Shown: piece after piece, positions 15,141-28,200 of the stretch
How positions within the stretch are numbered: the first letter of the stretch is position 1
Layout: each line of letters starts with the position of its first letter
Source of the DNA: the human T2T-CHM13v2.0 reference genome, Homo sapiens
NCBI RefSeq assembly: GCF_009914755.1
Contig: NC_060934.1
DNA length: 64,000 bases
Reading direction: 5' to 3' (one strand)
Made by a program: the position numbers and the translations under genes
The notes under the pieces: generated by a model
Seen by the model: only the letters and a program-made list of their open reading frames with translations
Databases searched by the model: none
What the model was told of the DNA's origin: nothing

Positions 15141-17491
15141 CCTTCAGAGACCCACCCTCATGAGATTTTGAAACCTGAGCTCTGCTCCAAACCCCAGACC
15201 TGTCCCAACCTGTAGCTCAGCTAAGGCAGGGACTGGAGCATCTCGTTGTGCCTCAGCCCCCCTAAAAGGGGCCGGAGCATGCAGAGAGATGAAGGTGAAG
15301 GGACTGAACTCACTTTTTGTCCCTGCAAATAAAAGTGTGACCAGCAGCCTCCCTCCCTGGGACCACAGAGGAGGTGGGTGGGGGTAAGAACCCACCTCAC
15401 TTTGCACTTGGGAAGCCAGGGTGTGCCCTGGCATGAAACCACAGTGGCCTAGTAGAAGAGGCCCCATTTTCAAATTCCCTCAAAGCCATCCCAGGGACAA
15501 GCAGGGGCCCTGCACTTCCCTTCCGAGTACACCCTGGCCCTGGGGCAGCCGGAGAGTCTGGCAACAAAGACAGGTGCCACCTTGGCTATGAGTGAACATT
15601 GTCTCTCAAGCAGGGCCTCTGGATGGCACAGTCACTTGTGTCTGAGGACCACACTTGAAAAGGTCACCACCTTCAGGGTGATTTTGCACGTGGCTGGTTT
15701 TTAAGTAGCTGTCACTCGGCTAAGCGGCCTCCTCCCTCCACCAAAAGGATTTTCTCCCAATTGGAATTTAAAAACCCAGCAGCAATGAAGTTGTCGATGG
15801 CAGCATTTCCTGCACAGGTTGGGGGTGGGGAGAGGCAGATGGAAACCACAGGGCTCCAGGAGGAGGAGGGGCCGGAGGGGCCAGGTGATTCTTTTTCATC
15901 CACTGCTTGTTGGTTTTTAATAAAGAAGTCAAACTCGGTTTGTAGATTTCCCATTAGGGGACAATAAGCTTTTGTAGAGCGAGCCGCTGATTTAGAACTA
16001 ATAGCGAATGCAGCGCCAAGATCCGGGGAAATATCACCGCTAATAAGTTTCTGCCTCATGCTCTGTCACTGACATTCTCCACACCGTTTCGTGCAGCCAA
16101 GCAGAAGCTTAAATGTATAAGTATATGGGGCACTCGCACCCGCACCAGGGACAGGGGAGATGCCCAGGCACGCAGCTGGGGCATTGGACATCAGGGGAAT
16201 CCTGAGACTGCTGGGTATCTGGGGAGAGGGGCAGGTCAGCGTGACCCAGGGTGCCATCCAGAGCCAAGGGGCAGATTGGAGAAAGAGAGGATCACTCCTT
16301 TCTGGGCACCCACAATCTTAGCAGGCTGAGATTCTCTGATGTCCCAAGGGGGGTGCAGCCAGATAGCATGCCCCCATCTTTCATGGCTGCTCTGTCAGCA
16401 GCGACTCCAGCAAAGGGGGCTTCATACAGGATCCTTTCCCCCTAAGAGCTCTCAGTTCCATGAGAAGCCAGGCCTTCTCATGGAACTCCTATTTGCACTA
16501 GCAAACGAACAGGAACTGCCAAAGACTGTAACATAAAGACTGCCCAACGGTGCCGGGACTCAGCCTGACTCCTGAGCTCTGCACTGGACTCTTGGGAAAG
16601 GGGAGAAGGTCATGAGCCAAGTGGGCTGGGGAGGCTTCCTCCAAGAGGGAAGCAGGGAGGAATTCTTGTTGGGAGATTGCAAGAGTGGTTGGTGAGGATA
16701 AGAGTATTAAAGGGCAGGAAAGTCTCTTCTAATTGAAGAGGAAGGGCCGCGGTGTGAAGGAGTTGGGGGGTGCGTAGCAGGAGGCAGAAGTTGCCCACCC
16801 TACCCTGCCAGGCTCAGCCCCTCAGCCAAGCACCGTGCTCTGGCTATTGGCAAAGGCTGGGCTGGAAGAGATATTGCTTTAGAACTGACAGGGGTGGGGC
16901 TCTAGGCCAGGGGTGGCCCAGGGGCTGGAAGAGCCGTTGTTCTCATGTGCAAGGAGGAATCTAGCTGTACCTGCCAGCAGCCAGCCCAGGGCCAGAGTTT
17001 GGGCTCTGGGAACCACCTGACCCTGAGCTGCCATAGCATACTTCAGTATCTTTGAGGAGAGTCCTAGAAGCTTTTGTCATCATCCTGGTGGACCTACGCA
17101 GAGGTCCAAGTGGGCATCCCCAGCATGGGAGCTGGGGGTGTGAGTGCTGGAGTGAGCCTGGGGCTCAGCTGGAGGACCAGCGGGGAGCCTGGGGAGCTGG
17201 CAGCTGTCGGCAGTCCCAGCTGCTGCCGGCACACTCCCTCTTCCTGGGCCTCCCCATCCCTTCCTGAGGCCTGCATGTTTCCCCAAGGCTGGTCCTACCT
17301 CCTAGAGCTGTAGCCTGCCAGAGGGTTACCTGACTCCCTGCTGACACCTCACCTGGCTCTGGTTATACAGAGAGGCCAAAGCTCTTTAGGGCCAGCCAGA
17401 CCTAGCCTGACTCCTTGGTGCCCACCTTAGACATCTGGCCAGCCCACCTGCCTCCCTGCAGCCTCCTGCAACCTGTCTGTGTTCCTTCCAG

Positions 17492-17564
17492 GATGAGAAT
17501 GACAACCCTCCCACCTTCAGCAAGCCCGCCTACTTCGTCTCCGTGGTGGAGAACATCATGGCAG
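17492..17564 (+). CDS. CDH23: CDH23 exon 19 (73 nt; DENDNPPTFSKPAYFVSVVENIMA)
   Basis: ccttccag|GAT, GCAG|gtacag; DENDN linker. Confidence 0.96.
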
Positions 17565-18197
17565 GTACAGGCTCAGGTCGGGGGGTGGGGGGCACATGGA
17601 GGTAGGCAGCCAGCAGTCACGGCACCCAGGATGTGCAGACCCTGGCTCTGCACACAAATTGTGGGAGGTCCATGGCCTTCTCTTTCCCCGGCCAAGCTCC
17701 TTGACAAATCGGGGAGCCTTTGGAAACATCTAGTTACCTGCCAGCTAACAGCTAGTTCCAGAGCACCTGCTATGTGCAGGTGCTGTGCTGGGCACTTGGT
17801 TCCTGCTCTCCTCTAACTATAGTCTAGTGGGGAAAGAATAATGATCCATGATTAATTAAGCAATCTTGATTAAACAGTCTCAAGTATACAGAGGGCTCTG
17901 AGACTATAGCACTGTGAGGCAGGTCCCAGGGGCCATGATTTCAGAGGGGTGGCCTTACAGCGGGGCATGTGTTCCTATGTGAGGATGCGATTGAGAGGCT
18001 AATCTCTGGGCCAGGCTCAGGTTGCAGGGCTCAGTTTGCAGACCCAGCACCACCAGCTCCACACTCAGGTTCCAGGGGATCTGTTCTGCCCTTGAGGCAG
18101 GCTGGCAGCTTCGCCCTTACCCTCAGAGCAAATGATCCTAGCAAAGAAAACGCCCATATCAGGAACTGCTGCAGTGGCTGAAGGAGACAGGAAGGCT

Positions 18198-20062
18198 GGA
18201 ATCAGGGACAGTAGAGTCATGGATGGTGGAGTCATGGATAGTGGAGTCAGGGACATTGGAGTTAGAGATGCTGGAGCCAGGGATGGTAGAGCCAGGGATG
18301 GTGGAATAAGGATGGTGGAGCCAGGGGTCGTGGAGCCAGGGATGGTGGAGCCAGGGGTGGTGGAGTCAGGGGTGGTGGAACCAGGGATGGTGGAGTCAGG
18401 GATGGTGGAGCCAGGGGTTGTGGAGTCAGGGGTGGTGGAGTCAGGGGTGGTGGAGCCAGGGGTGGTGGAGCCAGGGGTGGTGGAGTCAGGGATGATGGAG
18501 CCAGGGGTGGTGGAGTCAGGGGTGGTGGAGCCAACGGTGGTGGAGCCAGGGGTGGTGGAGTCAGGGGTGGTGGAGTCAAGGGTGGTGGAGCCAGGGGTGG
18601 TGGAGCCAGGGATGGTGGAGCCAGGGGTGGTGGAGTCAGGGGTGGTGGAGCCAACGGTGGTGGAGCCAGGGGTGGTGGAGTCAGGGGTGGTGGAGTCAGG
18701 GGTGGTGGAGTCAGGGATGATGGAGCCAGGGGTGGTGGAGCCAGGGGTGGTGGAGCCAGGGGTGGTGGAGTCAGGGGTGGTGGAGCCAGGGGTGGTGGAG
18801 CCAACGGTGGTGGAGTCAGGGGTGGTGGAGTCAGGGGTAGAGGAGTCAGGGATGGTGGAGTCAAGTGCCGTGGACCCAGGGATGGTGGAGCCAGGGGTGG
18901 TGGAGTCAGGGATGGTGGAGTCAGGGATGGTGGAGCCAGAGGTGGTGGAGCCAGGGATGGTGGAGCCAGGGGTGGTGGAGCCAGGGGTGGTGGAGCCAAC
19001 GGTGGTGGAGTCAGGGATGGTGGAGCCAGGGGTGGTGGAGTCAGGGGTGGTGGAGCCAGGGGTGGTGGAGTCAGGGGTGGTGGAGCCAGGGATGGTGGAG
19101 CCAGGTGTGGTGGAGTCAGGGGTGTTGGAGCCAGGGATGGTGGAGTCAGGGGTGGTGGAGCCAGGGGTGGTGGAGCCAACGGTGGTGGAGTCAGGGATGG
19201 TGGAGCCAGGGGTGGTGGAGTCAGGGGTGGTGGAGCCAGGGGTGGTGGAGTCAGGGGTGGTGGAGCCAGGGGTGGTGGAGCCAACGGTGGTGGAGTCAGG
19301 GGTGGTGGAGTCCAGGGTGGTGGAGCCAGGGGTAGAGGAGTCAGGGATGGTGGAGTCAAGTGCCGTGGACCCAGGGATGGTGGAGCCAGGGGTGGTGGAG
19401 TCAGGGATGGTGGAGTCAGGGATGGTGGAGCCAGAGGTGGTGGAGCCAGGGATGGTGGAGCCAGGGGTGGTGGAGCCAGGGGTGGTGGAGCCAACGGTGG
19501 TGGAGTCAGGGATGGTGGAGCCAGGGGTGGTGGAGTCAGGGGTGGTGGAGTCAGGGGTGGTGGAGCCAGGGATGGTGGAGCCAACGGTGGTGGAGTCAGG
19601 GGTGGTGGAGTCAGGGATGGTGGAGTCAGGGGTGGTGGAGCCAGGGGTGGTGGAGCCAGGGATGGTGGAGTCAGGGGTGGTGGAGCCAGGGGTGGTGGAG
19701 CCAACGGTGGTGGAGTCAGGGATGGTGGAGCCAGGGGTGGTGGAGTCAGGGGTGGTGGAGCCAGGGGTGGTGGAGCCAACGGTGGTGGAGTCAGGGATGG
19801 TGGAGCCAGGGGTGGTGGAGCCAGGGATGGTGGAGCCAGGGGTGGTGGAGCCAGGGGTGGTGGAGTCAGGGATGGTGGAGTCAGGGGTGGTGGAGCCAGG
19901 GGTGGTGGAGCCAGGGATGGTGGAGCCAGGGGTGGTGGAGTCAGGGGTGGTGGAGTCAGGGATGGTGGAGTCAGGGATGGTGGAGTCAGGGGTGGTGGAG
20001 TCAGGGGTGGTGGAGCCAGGGGTGGTGGAGTCAGGGATGGTGGAGTCAGTATGGTGGAGTCA
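18198..20062. repeat. G-rich 15-bp VNTR, consensus GGRTGGTGGAGYCAG, about 120 units
   Basis: Directly visible tandem array; degenerate units 18198-18311, homogeneous thereafter. Confidence 0.99.
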
Positions 20063-21286
20063 GAACTGGTCTTTCCTGGCACCACGAGGCCTTCTAAAGA
20101 GAACCTCTGGGTACCACTCTGGCACCTGACAATGAGCTGGGTGGGTGCTGGGCTGCACCCAGCCTACCCTGCCTGTCCTAGTCAGGCATCCCCTGGAGAA
20201 TGTCACTGCTAAAGAGCTGCCTCCAGCACTACACCCCCATCCCTGGGGACTGTGTCAAGGAGAAGCCTTCACTATGGCACTTAATTCTCTTCAGGGGTAT
20301 GTTATGGCTCATGTGCCTGTCCTCCTGCTCAAGGCAGGCCTGAGGGTCATATTTGAGGCCCCAGGGCCACAGGGCCACAATGGCCTGCCTGGCCCCTTGC
20401 CCCTCGGGACTGCTGATTCATCCGCTGGATGGTCACCACCAGCCCTGCAGCCCAGTGGAGCTCCCTGTGGGGCTCAGCCTGTGGCCTCAATGCTTTATCC
20501 CTCAGGATCCCAGCAGCAAACTCACAAGTTAGAGGGTATCTTTAGACCCGGTCCCAGGGGAAGAAGTGATGCTCAGGCAGGTGAAGGCGCCTGCCGAGGC
20601 CCTGAGGGGTCCAGTCTGGGTGTGAAGATTCCAGGAACCTGTGCACCGGACCTCCTCGCCACTGGGCCAGAGCTGGCAGTTGGGTGGCAGGAGGGGCTGG
20701 AGCCAGAAGCCTTGGTGGGCACAGCTTCAGGACAAGCTGTTCTCAGGGTCTGGACAGGGTGGCTGGAAAAGCTGATACCTTGAGTCAGGATTTCACGGAA
20801 CTGGAAATAAAAGTGAAGGCCTTAACTGAACATTAAAGAGAAAATAAAAACCCTTATAAATTCCCCTGAACGAGATAAAACTAGACTGAAATTGAATACA
20901 GTAAATGTAGAATAATTTAATATGGAATTTCATGTCTTTTGACTCCAAGTGACAGTTGGCCAATCTGAGTGTATTTAATATAGTGGCCAGCCAAGCAGGG
21001 GCCAGGGAGACAGGAAGACATCAGAGGGCCCAGTCCATCCCTAAGCCTCTCATGAGCCTTGTCCCCACCCAGCCCAGCGATCTCAGCTCCAAGAGCAACG
21101 ATTGAGCCGCCCTTGTCCCAGGGATGTCGCAACAGGCAGGCCTCCCACCTCCCTGAGAGCTGGTCACTGGGAGGGTCCCACGTCCTCCTCTTGGGCCAGC
21201 GCAAATGCTGCTCCCAGGGCTGGGGCCTTGAAGCCAGGGGCCCAGGGTGAGCAGCACCCCCTGCCCCCACCTTTTTCCCCCTGAAG

Positions 21287-21403
21287 GAGCCACGGTGCTG
21301 TTCCTGAATGCCACAGACCTGGACCGCTCCCGGGAGTACGGCCAGGAGTCCATCATCTACTCCTTGGAAGGCTCCACCCAGTTTCGGATCAATGCCCGCT
21401 CAG
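21287..21403 (+). CDS. CDH23: CDH23 exon 20 (117 nt; GATVLFLNATDLD...INARS)
   Basis: ctgaag|GA, TCAG|gtgagc; ATDLD motif in ORF 21247..21513. Confidence 0.96.
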
Positions 21404-23949
21404 GTGAGCCCCCCCACCCCAAGTACCCTGGTCCTCCACACCCTGAGGCTGACTGTCCATACCCGGCCCCAGGACCAGCCTCTGGGCCCAGGTCCCCTTC
21501 CTTTCAGTTTTGAGCAGACCAGCTTTGAGCACCAGTGTAATCCATGAAATATTAATTTGAGTGTGATTACTGATCTTACCCAAAAAATCACAACGTGAAT
21601 TGACCCAGTGAAGGACGTCTTTCAAGGGTGAAGAGTTGTATTATGTTTTAAATGTGCTCCATCTTACAAAGAGCTGGTTAACACACCCCTCTTCAGGAAC
21701 ACCTTTATTAAAGCCTCAGGGTCCCCCTCCCTCAGCTGCTGACCTCATTCTTAAAGCCTGGCTCCTCTTCTTACACGGATGTGTGCCTCAGTTTCCCCAC
21801 CTGTAAAATGAGGAAGATCATATTAGGGCTGTTGTGTGGATTAAATGATACATAATAGGGAGCAACTTTGATTAGTCCCTGGCACACGAAAAGTGCTAAA
21901 AAAAATTACCATCATTATTCTCTTTTGTTTATTCACCTGTGAGCCCCCTGCCCCCAGCTCCCAGCTCAGCCCATGTAACTCTCTTCTTTCTTCTTCGTCT
22001 CTCCATGTACATTCCTCAGTTTTCTCTCTTCCTTGAAGCTGGGAGAAAAAGTGGGCAGAAAGAAGCAGCAAGAGATCCAGGCTTTCAGCCAGACCTGGGG
22101 AAGAATTGGGACTTCTGTACATTCATTCATATGTTCATTTATTCATATGTTCATTCAGAAATTGGGGTGGGGGCTGCTCTGAGCCAGCTGCTGGGGTACA
22201 GGAAGGAATAAGACATGGCTCTGACCTCATGAGGTCAGCTCAGTGGGCATGCAAGGCACCCCACTTCCAATACGCATTTCTGTATGAGTTAAAGGAACTG
22301 TCGATGCTAAACAGCTACACCCTATCTCAGTGGCTTGAGACAATACAAATTCAAAATTCATATAGTCAACCCATGTAGATGTTGAGTGACAGCCTTCCAC
22401 ATGATGATTCTGGGACCCAGGCCCCTTCCATGTTGTGGCTCCAAGGTCACTGCAGAAGGGAAAAGAGAGCATGGGTTGTCAGAGCACTAGGAGGAGGTTA
22501 TGGGCCAGACCCTGCCTGGCAGTCACATCCAAGTAATAATTCTCCCCTGGGAAGGGAGCAGGAATCCTTGGTGGACACTGGCCATCCCTGCTGCAGGTGG
22601 TCAGTGGCCAGCAGGGCATCAGCTCTTCTTGCTATCCATCCCTCCACGTTGGAAGTCAGCCTTCAATCCCTTTTCCTGGAGGCTTGGGGAGCAGATGGCC
22701 GGTGCTGATGGGTACGAAGACTGAGGAAGGGGACCCAGGGCCACTGTGAGCCTCCTTTTCTATCTCTGAGAAAGTGAGGGCCCTCCTCCCAGCTCTCAGG
22801 AGCTTCCCCCACAGTGAGCCCTCATTCCCAGGGGTCTCAGAGTCATGTCATGAATGGATATGAACCACATGCCCAGCACTGTTCCCAGGGCTCTGAGCAG
22901 CAGCAGCATCTCATTCTGCCCTCCTCACCTGTGAGGCAGGTACTAGCCTTATCCCCATTTTCCAGATGAGGAAGCTGAGCCACTGGGGAGGTTAAGTAAC
23001 CTGACTGAGGACTCGCAGAGCACGAACTTCTGACTCCAGAATCCAAACATTAAAGGCGCCATTATATGAGTAGCTCCCTGGCCTTTTAGCCACCCCCGCC
23101 CTTGCCTCCCCAGTCGGGGCTCCAGCTCCACCTGGGGCCTTTAATGACACAGACATTTTCTTGCTGCCTTAACACGACTTTGTCTCCAAAGGTGTAAGTG
23201 TTTTCCTCTGAGTTCCTCGGTCAAATTAGCCAGGGCTGCTCCACAGAGGTGGCCTTAATTGGATCTAATTTCCTAGACAGGAGAGGCCATCTATCATGCC
23301 GACAAGTTCACGTTTAAAACTTTTTAGAGATTAATTTCTTCCTCGCCCTGCCAATTACTTGACACCACCCTGGCAGGGAGTGTGGCTTGTTGGGCAGACC
23401 TTTGTGAGTCTTCCATTCCTGGCCTCAGCACCTAAGCTGCCCTGTCACCCACCCCCAGCTCCCTGCTCAGCCCCTGCACAGACCAGAGGGCAAGCCAGTG
23501 TGCCACAGAGGGAACCTTCAGGGTAGAAGCAGTCCTAAAAGCAATCTGGTCCAGCTGCCTTGTTTTATGGTGGAAAGAACCAAGCACAGAGAAGTTAAGC
23601 GACTTGGCCCAGGTCACACAGCTCAGGCAATGGGGATAAAAAGATGGATAGCACACAGGCCCTGCCCGTGGAGAATGCTCACAGTCCATTGGAAGAAAAC
23701 AGTCATTTTCTGAGTGTTGGGAGCCTCACCTAGAATTACTGTAGCCTCACAACGGCTCTGCATGGAAGTCACACTAATCTCCATTTTATAGATGAGAAAA
23801 CTGAAGCTTCAAAGAATTAAAATTCTCCAAGGCCAAGCGTCTGGGAAGGGCCATAATCAGAATTCAAATCCACATCTCACATCTTCACCACGTGGGTGCT
23901 CTCCCATGGCTGATGCAAGATAGTAAATGGCCTGGCTGCTGTGATTGCT

Positions 23950-24146
23950 GAAGTCTGCTGGGACTGGCTCACCCTGCTCCCAAGAGCTAGCGAGGCACTC
24001 AATTGTGAACTCCATATTCAATACCACCAAGTTGGTAGCTTAAAATGGGCCCTGGTGGGGCTATTTACACCAAGGAAATTGGCAAATGCCTTTTTTTTTT
24101 TTTTATTTTGGGGAGCCAGTTGTCAAACATTTACCAGCACGCCACT
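23950..24146. mobile_element. MER63-like hAT DNA transposon relic
   Basis: Terminus aacatttaccagcacgccact and internal tttacaccaaggaaattggcaaatgc; family from memory. Confidence 0.55.
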
Positions 24147-24960
24147 ATCAGGGTGATGTTTGCATTTCAGTTACACCAAAATACAAAGAAAGACCAAATA
24201 CAGGCGAACAAGAAATGTTGTTTAATTGTTCAGATTTAGCACACTAAAACAACTCGAGGCAATGTAATTATGCTCTTCACAATGTAATTAGGAAATTATT
24301 TTATAACTATTAATTATCAATGCACGATAAGGTTGGATAGGTTGAACTGTCCAGTAATGAGTCACAAGTTAGACGCATGTGAACACCCGGTGTTTTTATT
24401 TCCTGTCATTGTATTTCTGTGACTGTATAAATAAACAGTGCCTGGCACTGTTCTAAGATTTCCATGATCTTAATTAAATTAACCCCACAATAGCCCTATG
24501 AGGTAGTTCCTATTATGGTTCCCTTTGGACCCTATGAGGAAACTGAGGCACAGAGGATTGAAGTAACTAGCTCCAGGTGAGAAAGCCAGTAAGATAATGT
24601 CAAAAGTCTAAACAAGAGGTGATCTGTGACTGAGCTTAAGGCCTAATGGCCCTCCTGCCCTGTTCTCCAGCCCCTAACCCCGAGAATCAGCCTAGATTTT
24701 CCCACATCTGCAAATATTTCCTCCTCATGGGGTTATGTTGCCCAGCCCTGGGGAACCAGCTCCCAAGGCACAGGAGCTCTCCCGTCTCCCACTGTGAGCA
24801 CCAGCTCAGGAACACATCCAGGCCGCCAGATCATGGTAGCTTGCTAACATTTCTCGTGCAAGTTCTCACCCTCTCTCCTTCCCTCGCTCTCTCTCTTCTT
24901 CCCTCCCTCTCTCCCTGGCCCACCCAAACCCTCTCACGCACCCACTTCTCTCTCTGGCAG

Positions 24961-25073
24961 GGGAAATCACCACCACGTCTCTGCTTGACCGAGAGACCAA
25001 GTCTGAATACATCCTCATCGTTCGCGCAGTGGACGGGGGTGTGGGCCACAACCAGAAAACTGGCATCGCCACC
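24961..25073 (+). CDS. CDH23: CDH23 exon 21 (113 nt; GEITTTSLLDRE...TGIAT)
   Basis: Long pyrimidine tract then ggcag|GG, ACC|gtgagt; LDRE and AVDGG motifs. Confidence 0.97.
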
Positions 25074-26231
25074 GTGAGTGCGCTCCCCTCCCGTGCCCCA
25101 GCTCCCCCTCGCCGGCCAGGCTGCTGCTCCCTGCTTGTACCTCTGGACCCCCGTGTCCTGAGCCAGTGTGAGGCTTTGTGAGAATGAGCAAGGGGGCGAA
25201 AATGAACTCATCAGCAGCAGAGGTCAGCCCCCGGGGCCACCACAGCTGTGGGGAAGAAAGGCATCACCACCAGGAATGTAGGGGCACTTGGGAGGAGCAA
25301 AATGAAATACTTCCTCTCCTGCCCCTAAAAATCCAGGAGGGCAGGTGGCAGAAGGCATGAGCCCCATAGGCCCCTCCTTGCCTTGGTGCCTGTCAACAAA
25401 GCAGAAGCAGGCATTCCTGCGAGGAAGAGCAGCTCAGAGCAGGAAGCAGGGCCCTGGAGGGTCCCTGGGGGCTTGTTCTCCCCCATCTAATGTGCCCCAG
25501 CGAGTAGAAAGCTAGAGGAACGAAACGTGGGGGCCTCGAGTGAGCTCTCGGCTGCAGAAGTGAAAGGGGAAGTGAGAAGCCCTCTGTGGGAGAGGAAGCG
25601 GGAGGACCAGCTGACAGTCACTCCAGCCACCTCCCCTCTTTGTTCCCCATTCGGTTTCTTTGGCTCACCCTCAAAACTGTGGCCCTCACCCAGTCTGCAG
25701 CAGCCACCCCATCCTTACCCAGCCAGAGAGGCTGGAGACGGTATCGCGTGGCCAGGGATTTGATGGAAAAATCCCCAGTGCCCTACTCTGTCAAGGGAGG
25801 CTCCTACTAATAGGAATCAGAGCCCTATAAATAATGTACCTGGTGGCAGGTGAGCAGGGAAATTGCTTGGCTTGTAGCTGAGACGGGGAGGCTCAAGGGA
25901 TTCTATTAGATCCCCCACCCTGTCAGTCACCTTCAGCCAAGACTGGAGGCAGGGATGGGGGAAGCCCCAGGTCACAGCAAGGATTTCAGGGGTTATCACA
26001 TCCATTCCACTGCCTCCTGATGGGACAACACTGGAACTCTCTCTCCTGAAGCGGCCTGGCTCCTTCCTGCCCTCGAAAGCCCAGGCTCTGCCCAAGGCTC
26101 CCAAGGTTGGTGGAGCTGGCAGAATTAATGCGAAGATTGCCCGTGGGCATCTGAGCACTTTTCCCCTGGCAGGCCCTGCCCTGGCCCATCTCAGCTGGGT
26201 GTGTCTCCCAGCGCCCCTTATGGCTTCACAG

Positions 26232-26339
26232 GTAAACATCACCCTCCTGGACATCAACGACAACCACCCCACGTGGAAGGACGCACCCTACTACATCAAC
26301 CTGGTGGAGATGACCCCTCCAGACTCTGACGTGACCACG
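26232..26339 (+). CDS. CDH23: CDH23 exon 22 (108 nt; VNITLLDINDN...DVTT)
   Basis: ttcacag|GTA, ACG|gtaggt; DINDN linker. Confidence 0.97.
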
Positions 26340-28200
26340 GTAGGTGGTGGCAGAGCAGCAGAACCGCCAGGCGGCCCTTCCCAGGGGTCTGTGCCCCTCC
26401 CACTGCGATTCCAGGGGGCCTTCCCCTATGGGGCTGGTGGACTCTGTGTCCCTCTGAGCTGGCTCTTGCAATAGAGTTCTAGCGGTTCTCCTGCATGGTG
26501 AAAGGCAGTCAGAGGTCAAGGGAAAGCCCTCATCCGGCCTCCAGTGTCAGTAGGCCTCAGGCTTTGTCAAAGGGAGCTTCAGGCAGCCCAGGGACAGTGG
26601 CAGGGGAGCTCTGGCCGGTTCCGCTTGTGAGCCACACGTGCCCTTAGAGCCCAGGACTCTGGCCACCCCCTCTGGAGAGCTCCCACCCCTACACTGCACA
26701 AGCCCCAGCTCCACCCCAGCACCTGTCTTTCACTGCTGTGCCCCTGCAGTCATCCATCTGGGTCACCTCCCCCACGGGCTGGCCCCCACGGCTGCCCAGC
26801 AGGGGTTTTGTTCACCTCAGGAATTTTCTGGCACAGGTTTGCCAGGTTTGCACAGGCCCCTGTGTGTGTTGTGTGCTCATGTGCAGGAATGTGCACAATT
26901 CAGGGTGCAGAGGGGAGACACGGTCAAAGCCAGGGCATCTCCAGCGGAGACCAGAATCCTGGGGAAACTGAGGAAGCCCAGGTCCCACCCCCACACCATC
27001 TGCTCTGCTGGGAGGTCCACATTTTTCAGCCTTCTCCTCCCCCACCCTGTACACCACGTGGCCTTACTTGAGGAGGCTTGTCCCCACATGAACATCCCCA
27101 CTGCCACCCACCCAGCCCTGTGGGGGACATGAATCCTGGCAATTGACTGAACACCTGGGATGTGCTCTGAGCCTCCCCTGAGGGCTTCTCAGGAACTCTC
27201 TCCTCCTCACTGTAATCTCACAAGGCAGAGGGATTCCGTTGCCACTGCACTGTGGAGGAGACAGACTTAGAGCTTAAAGGCTTGCCCAAGGTCCCAAAGC
27301 TAGTAAAGGGTGCGGTCAGGACTCGAACCCTGGTCTGTCTGACTTGGAGACAAGGGATTAGAAACCACCTGGCCCAGTCCTTATTCCTCTGGGAGGGGGC
27401 ACCCACACACCAGCTGACAGCCAGTCAGTGAACAGTGTGGAAAGGAAGATAGGCATGACAGCCAATCCTTCCCTCCCTCTTTGTCCTTCCTTCCAGGTTG
27501 ACCTCCTCTCCCATCCAGAGCCACTGCCAAGTATGGCTCTGGCACTGGAATAGGCACAGTGGAATAGGGCAGAGGTGAGGGATCTGGAATCTGTGATTTT
27601 TTTCAAAGCCCCGTAGAGGAATTCCTTCCAGCCCAGGGCCAGGTTTAGAAACCAGGACCCTCGCCCTTTGACACAGCTCTCTAGGCTCTTTGGTGGGTGC
27701 TCTCTGCTGCCGCCTTGTGGGCACTGCACTGGCCCAGGGTAACCTCCTCCCCACCCCAGCCAGGGATTCCAAGAGCTGGGGCTGGATCTCACCTCTGAAC
27801 ACCTTCTGGTCAACCCTCACCTTTCCCTTAGGTTTTTGGGAAATTCCTCCCAAAGGGGATTGAGGGGCAGGTGAGGAAGGTTGCTCTGGGAAAAGGGGGC
27901 TGCACAGGACACCAGCCTGGATTGCCGTTATCAAATAGTACACCCGGCAGACAAGGCGTGGGTGTGCCAGGTGAGGACTGCACACAGTCTTGGGCATCTG
28001 CAAGCTTTGGTCCCCCCGCCCTTCACCAGGTCTCCTGCCCTCCACATGTCCTTCTGAGCCATGAGCAGGCACGGACAATGGACCAAGGACCTGCTGCCCA
28101 GTGCCTCCTCACTTTCCAGGAAATCCACGAGCTATCAGGGAATGCCTACTGCATGCCAGGCCCCACGCTTGTCAGGCTGAGGGTACAGGAAGCAACACCA

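Noticed and set aside
18198-20062. CRISPR-like array or PRDM9 13-mer array
   Set aside because: No unique spacers and the context is human intron; the minus-strand unit does not fit CCNCCNTNNCCNC.
18132-20129. 665-aa, 607-aa and WWSQG ORFs as protein-coding genes
   Set aside because: The 15-bp unit lacks stop codons in most frames, so long ORFs are expected by-products; no promoter, splice or poly(A) support.
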